The position numbers were made by a program, and so were the translations under genes. From Amphiscolops sp. MND2022 (taxonomy: Eukaryota): a stretch of 64,000 nucleotides of DNA. The stretch spans positions 53,260,001 to 53,324,000 of the forward strand of contig OZ076409.1 in assembly GCA_964187785.1 (NCBI GenBank). Reading direction: 5' to 3'. Positions 58,331 to 64,000 of this stretch are shown here, piece by piece. Every line of letters starts with the position of its first letter. Position 1 is the first letter of the stretch. The notes beneath the pieces are model-generated. The model ran no database searches. It was not told where the DNA came from and worked only from the letters and a program-made list of their open reading frames with translations.

Positions 58331-61300
58331 GTCAACAGCAGACAATTCAGAAGGTTCAGACGAATCTGGTGGTGTGTTGAAGCTGCCTCAGCTCAAGCGA
58401 TCAAGAGAAGCTCATCGTGGCGTCTTCACAAGAGGAACATCAGCAATCCGGCAAGCCTGTGGAGCACTCGAGGATGTCCAATCCACTTTGGACTACTGAC
58501 AGACTTGGATTCACAAACTCAACAACTCATTGAAGACGACGATGAATTAATAGCCGATGTTGAAGAAGCTGCGGATGTGCTCATGGCGGCAGAAAGGGCA
58601 GTGAAGTGCTGTCTGGGAAAAATCAATGAGTTGCAACCTCCAAGCCCAATCAACGCAGCGGCTCCATCAAGTGGCAGTGTGGCCACAAAGCTTCCCAAAC
58701 TAAACTTTTCTTCATTCAGTGGTGATACAAGCAGCCAGTAACAGCACTAGTGCTGAACTCAATCGCAGGTAATATACCCTCTCAATCCATTAAGTTGAAA
58801 CAATTGAAATCAATGATAAGTGTAGCATTAGCTGACGAAAACTTCCATCAACCTGGCCTGTTCAATGGTTGTTGGGCGCGGATGTGTACGAGGATCTCCT
58901 TCTGGACGAATCGAGGAAGGCTGTTGGGCTTCACTATCGCAAGTCTATCTTCAGCTGGGTGGTCATTGGAGTGTTGTCCCAAGTGCGTGCCTACCAAAGT
59001 CTATCCTTTCAAGTTGCAGTGAACTGGACCTTGCTCGCTTCTGGAAAATTGAAGAGTTTCCTTGAGTAAAGTCGAGGTCCAATGAAAATCGTCAATGTGT
59101 GGAGCATTACGATACAACGACGTATGTTGCTGATGATGGCCAGCAACAACTTTCTGATTACCTTTCAAACAGCCAAGCAGAGATTGTTCGCCTTGGAATG
59201 AAAACTCAAGGATCACGATAATGTGAAGCAGCAGTATCGTGACTTCAACAAGGAATTTGTGGACAAGGGTCATGTTGAACAAGCGCCTCAGACGTCTGGT
59301 TTGCGTTACTGCTTACCCCATCTCTGTGTCTTCAAGGATAGCACAACGACCAAGCTTCGAGTCGTTTTCAATGCTAGCAGCAAATCCCCGAATGGCAACT
59401 CACTGAACGATTGTCTATTGCTTGGGTCCCGCTTGCAGGACGATGTGTTTGATATTCTCATTCGATTTCGCCTCCATCAATTTGCATTATTGGCAGATGT
59501 GGCGAAGATGTACCGGCAAGTGGCTCTAGACGAATCAGATCGCGACTTCCATCGATTTTTGTGGCGTGATTACGTGACAGAGGCGATCCGAGAATTGCTC
59601 GTGACTCGTGTAACGTATAGTGTTGCCAGCTCCTCCTACCATTCAATCCGAGCACTTCAAGATAGTGGCAAAAATCATGGACCTAATCTGAACACAGTGA
59701 ATGTGATTCTTAACAACTTCTGGGTTGATGATTTACTGAGTGGGGCTGATACACTGGAGGAAGCATGCGTGCTTCAAGACGATCTGATTGAAACCCTCAA
59801 CAAGAACTGTCTCCCACTACGCAAGTGGAGCAACAACGAACCCCAACTGGTCACTTGTTTTCCAAAAGACCTTCAAGAAGCTGGCTAGGCCGATGAAATC
59901 AACGACAAAACTCATCAAATCAAAACACTGGTACTGACATGGCATCCTCTAGAGGATCAATTTGTGTATACATGTTGTAGTGAGTATGTTTCAACCATTA
60001 CAGAACGAAGTTTACACTGTGATGTTTCAAAGCATTTCGATCCAATCGGCCTCATAGTCCCAGTTCTCAATTAAGAAAGATCTCTAGGCGATCTTTGGTT
60101 GGGAGGAAATGGCTCTCGCCTGGTATGCGGTGGTCAAAGCAGATCAGATGGTACACTTCGAAGCCTAGTTCAAACCCCTCTCACATGGTGAGTCCACCAA
60201 CCCCGATGAACTCAATAGCAGCCCTCTATCCATTCAGGGACAACGGCGTCATCAGGATTGGCGGCAGATTGGCCCACGGGTACTCAATGACTGACGATCA
60301 GCGGTTCCTTCTACTGGTGTCACACCGAAGCAAACTGGCTACACATGCAATGAGCGATGCTCACAAACAAACCCTTCATGGTGGTCTCACAGCAACAGTG
60401 GCAGAAATGAGACGTCGAATGTGGGTCACTCAGGCAAGAAGGCGTCAGAGTGCATCAAGAAATGCGTCACGCGCTTGCGCTTCAACTCAGGGCCTGCGCA
60501 TCAGCTCATGGGTGACTTGCCCTTCAGTCGCATCGAGGCTCCCGAACGTGCTTTCTCCTGTGTAGACCTCGACTTCGCAGGACCTCTAACATTCAAAAGT
60601 GGAAATGAATCCGTCTAGTGTAATGTAGCTATTTTTATATGTTTTGCTTCAAAGGCAGTTCATCTTAAGGCAGTATCATCATTGACGTCAGATGCGATGG
60701 TGGCAGCTCTAAGATGATTCATAGCAAGACGTGGCATTCTCAGTCAAATTGTGTGCGACAAAGCAATCAATTTCGTGGGTGCAAGACATGACCTCAACGA
60801 ATTGGAGAAAGTGGTTCGGCAGGGCACAATCATACAGCAGCATTGAATGGCTCTTCAATCCTCCTCCCTCACCCAATTTCGGTGGACTATGGGAAGCAGC
60901 GGTGAAGTCGATGAAGCACCACTTGCGTAGAGTCATGGGATTTTCCATTCTCAACTACGAGGAGATGACAATCATTCTGTGCTAAATAAGCAAGTATTGA
61001 ACAATCGTCCCTTGTTGGCTCTGACAGATAAACCAGATAAAATCTTGGCACTTACCACGTCAATGATAGTCAATGGCAACCGATTAGATGACATCCCACA
61101 GCCCTATTCGCAAAAGATGGATGCCCGTGGGCAACCAATAAAACGATTTCGTAGTCTTCAACAGCCACTCTTTAGTTTTGGAAGCGATGGTCTTCTGAGT
61201 ATGTAGCATCACTCCAACCTCGAAGCAATTGGCGGCAAGAACGTACAAATCTCTCAGTTGATGGCGTAGGCAATCCACCACTGCAATGGAGTATTGGTCG

Positions 61301-61777
61301 AGTGATGGAAGTGAAGCCAGTTCACGATGGTTTAGCTCGAGTGAGCATTAGTGAGAACATCGCACGGTGAATTCACGAGGCCAGTCAGCGATGAACGTCA
61401 TGCACACAACGAGTAGCACCACGGACGACAATGAAACTGCGTGTTGTGGCTTAGTGGAAAACGTTAATGCAACAGTTACTCATTGTGAACAGCCACGTCG
61501 GTGGTTGGAGTCCTGCCCACGCCCCCACTCCTATCTCGCTCTGGCGAGGAGGTTCCAATTTCCTAAGGGAATTTTGCTCTGATCTGGATTCTCTCCCCAC
61601 GGGGGCATGAAAGGGGGCCGAGGGAGGAGGTTTAGTGTGTGAAGAGAAGAAGCCAGCCAATACTTTTCATTTTCAACTGCAGCAGCTGACCTAACTCAAA
61701 TACCGAAAGTTTTCAATTTCAACTGCAGCAGCAAACCTACCTCAAATACCCAAAGTTTACTAACTCCCCTTATTCAT

Positions 61778-61845
61778 GATGATGGTGCAGTGGTGATTTC
61801 AAAAATCGCTCATCAGAAGATCTGGAGTTCGAATCCCCGATCACA
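61778..61845 (+). mobile_element. tRNA-like SINE head inside BEL element B
   Basis: A box TGGTGCAGTGG and B box AGTTCGAATC, followed by a T-rich tract. Confidence 0.5.
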
Positions 61846-62001
61846 AACATTTATTTTTTCCAAATTTAACTTAAACGCCTTTGTCATTCTCCATTTTGTA
61901 TTAGCATGGGTGCTAACTGTATCTTTATACATATACAAACTGTAATACCACGTGTGGTACTCATAGATAATAATAAAGCTGATACTTCATGGCCGGCTGG
62001 A

Positions 62002-62510
62002 TGTTGGCGCATGACAACACAATGATCGCGCAGTAATTATTAGTCCACTTAGCGCAGTAGAACAGTCTTTGCGCGAGTTCTATTTTTTGAAAGTGGGTCT
62101 TTTTTGTTATCTTTGTTTACTCATTCTTTGACCTTTAATAATGATCAAGTTTTTTGCTTGACATTAATTATAATGCTCATTTTCTTGTTTATAATTTACC
62201 ATTCATTGTTCACTTTTGTCGAAATTGTCATTACATACGTGTAAACAACCAGTTGGGACCTTTATGTTGTAACTTTGGCTTTAAGTACCTAATTTGTCGA
62301 TTAACAACCAACTGATAACCCGTCCCCCAATTGTCTTTTCTTGTATGATTCCTTATCACTCAAACCGTCAATAAACGATATCAATTACAGACTTCTTGCC
62401 TTGAGACGAGACCCAAATCTAATAGCTTGAACTCTTTTAGGTCCTTCAATCTTCTAGTTCGAACTCTTTCTTGAATTCCCCCGTTGTAGCTTGAGAGCTA
62501 CCCCGAAACA
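62002..62510 (+). repeat. 3' LTR of BEL element B (TGTT...AACA, 509 bp)
   Basis: Diverged direct repeat of ~57792-58311, preceded by ggccggctgga. Confidence 0.9.
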
Positions 62511-63106
62511 CACCCTAAGATATTTCGAGTAAACTTTCTTGCTCAGGGAAAGTCCTAGTTTGTTGTTTTTAGAAGTTTACTTTCTGAGACAACCACTTGA
62601 AACTATATCACCTCTAATCACAGAAATGGGCGACTAAGGTAAAGAAAAAAACACAAATGTTCTGCTTTTTTGTCGCGGAAAGCTGCGAAAAAAGATTTGA
62701 AAAAAACTACCCAAGCACTCTCCTTAGTGCAGCAAGGGTTAGGGTGAAAATAGTTTTTTTTGGGAAATGTCATTCGGCGCAGATCCCATTAGTCAGCAGA
62801 AAGGGTCTTTGGTAGAAGCTTGTAGGCGTCAAAAACTCTGGGCGTAAAAAAGTGGCATTAATTCGTGTTCAGGGTTCTGTCAAAAACTCGGTAGAGAGCG
62901 TTGATAACCACTAGTCTTTGCAAAAAGCAGTCTTGAAAAACAAGCTTCGTAGAAGGGACCTTGAAAAATAACAGGCTTCGGAGAGGGGGCCTTGAAGGAA
63001 AAAGCTTTCTCTGACACGGAACGAACTAACAGGGGTTTTGCAGGATGAAAAGGAAGCAGGGTCCAGTTCCAATCCATTGAAGTTCTTTTTTCACGGGAGC
63101 GCCAAT

Positions 63107-63244
63107 TGTTAGAAAAGATGTCTATCAAGGCGGGATATCTTCAATCTTTTCTCATCAGTATTTTGTAATCCAGTGAATGATACATTTAGAAGACATTGTT
63201 TTTTTAGTTAGTTCAAATAGTAGTTTGTTGAGTCATTTATGACA
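63107..63244 (-). repeat. 5' LTR of BEL element A
   Basis: Direct repeat of 53923-54060. Confidence 0.92.
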
Positions 63245-64000
63245 TAGCCATTTTTCGATTTTTTTTCAGTTTTCTCAAAAACTGTCCATACGATTCGAAC
63301 GAAATTTTCTACAGTCATTCTACACCATATTATGGTCCTATAGTTGCAATTTCAATGAATTCGTATGGCTGATTTGTAAGAAACATAGCCAAATTTAACC
63401 CAAAAATGTCCAAAAAACAGCCATTTTTAGACTTTTTTAGACAAAAACTGTCCATACGATTCGAATGAAATTTTGTACACTCATTCTACGCCATATTATG
63501 GTCCTTTGTGTGTAATTTCATCAAATTCGTTTGACTGGAATTCGAGCGAATCAAACGGAAAAATACATAAGTCAACTCCTTTACTGCATATGCGGCTCTG
63601 GTTAGCTTTCCAGACAACTTAAGAAAAAAATCCGTTTTTCTAGCCTAGTTACAACGTTGAGAATGAGTTTTTTACGCTTGCGCTGACGTTCACGAAGTTT
63701 GGTAAGTTGCAGCAACTTGTTTTAACGCGCAGTGAAATGCTACCAGGTTTTTCAATGCTGCAGTATCATTTTACCAAGTATTTTTCCTGCGCGCATGCCT
63801 TCAACATGAAAGAAGTCTCGGTAGTTTAGACTAGGGTTTGTTGCAACGGAACTCCGGAAACAATTAGGGACCATTTCAAACCGAAAAAGTATGCTTTTTC
63901 CAATTATCTATAATGGTCAAAAAAGCTTACAACTTTGGATGCTTTCCAACCGATTATTCAATCAATTTTTTTTAGGTTTCTGCAGATATATATAGATTTT

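Larger units (their letters stand above)
57792..62510 (+). mobile_element. BEL/Pao LTR retrotransposon B (degenerate, internally deleted), nested in the gag of element A
   Basis: LTRs at ~57792-58311 and 62002-62510. Gag LKRSREAHRG..KLPKLNFSSFSGD; RT YCLPH..KLRVVFNAS..SLND..ADVAKMYRQ..FWVDDLL; integrase PNFGGLWEAAVKSMK. Confidence 0.92.
53923..63244 (-). mobile_element. BEL/Pao LTR retrotransposon A (degenerate), 138-bp LTRs
   Basis: LTRs at 63107-63244 and 53923-54060 (TGT...ACA). PBS-like TGGCGC follows the 5' LTR and a G-rich PPT lies at 54061-54078. Gag piece ALAELESRFG, LHDFTDAS and integrase (SDNGKNF, EL..NSRP, WPLGKV) are present. Degenerate TSD ctgcc/tagcc. Confidence 0.92.

Noticed and set aside
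62734..62745. Telomeric TTAGGG repeat
   Set aside because: Fewer than two full units; expected by chance.

Overview
AT-rich eukaryotic (apparently invertebrate animal) genomic DNA made mostly of nested, largely decayed transposable elements, with two 200-N scaffold gaps (27813-28012, 52645-52844). Host-type coding sequence is limited to three items: two tandem, apparently paralogous helical-protein genes at 2-4.5 kb; a minus-strand telobox (TRF-type) Myb-domain coding exon at ~16 kb; and a degraded multi-exon helical-protein gene present twice. Mobile elements include a full-length PHD-ORF1 CR1/L2-type LINE (23907-27776), a frameshifted LINE whose ORF1 has PHD plus CCHC knuckles (28013-32762), an internally deleted hAT with perfect 8-bp TSD, two nested BEL/Pao LTR elements in opposite orientation (53923-63244 containing ~57792-62510), many MITEs, tRNA-like SINE heads and Helentron/HINE-like repeats. 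Large-scale structure: ~17.2-27.8 kb is an inverted near-copy of ~34.7-43.2 kb and ends at a gap, so it may be an uncollapsed haplotype; 40551-49754 is a ~4.6-kb tandem duplication. I found no clear-cut new multi-gene system. The best candidates for novelty are a ~190-bp hairpin-rich GC core shared by four otherwise unrelated MITE-like families, the tandem helical-protein pair, and the telobox gene. All alignments were made by eye and no database search was run.
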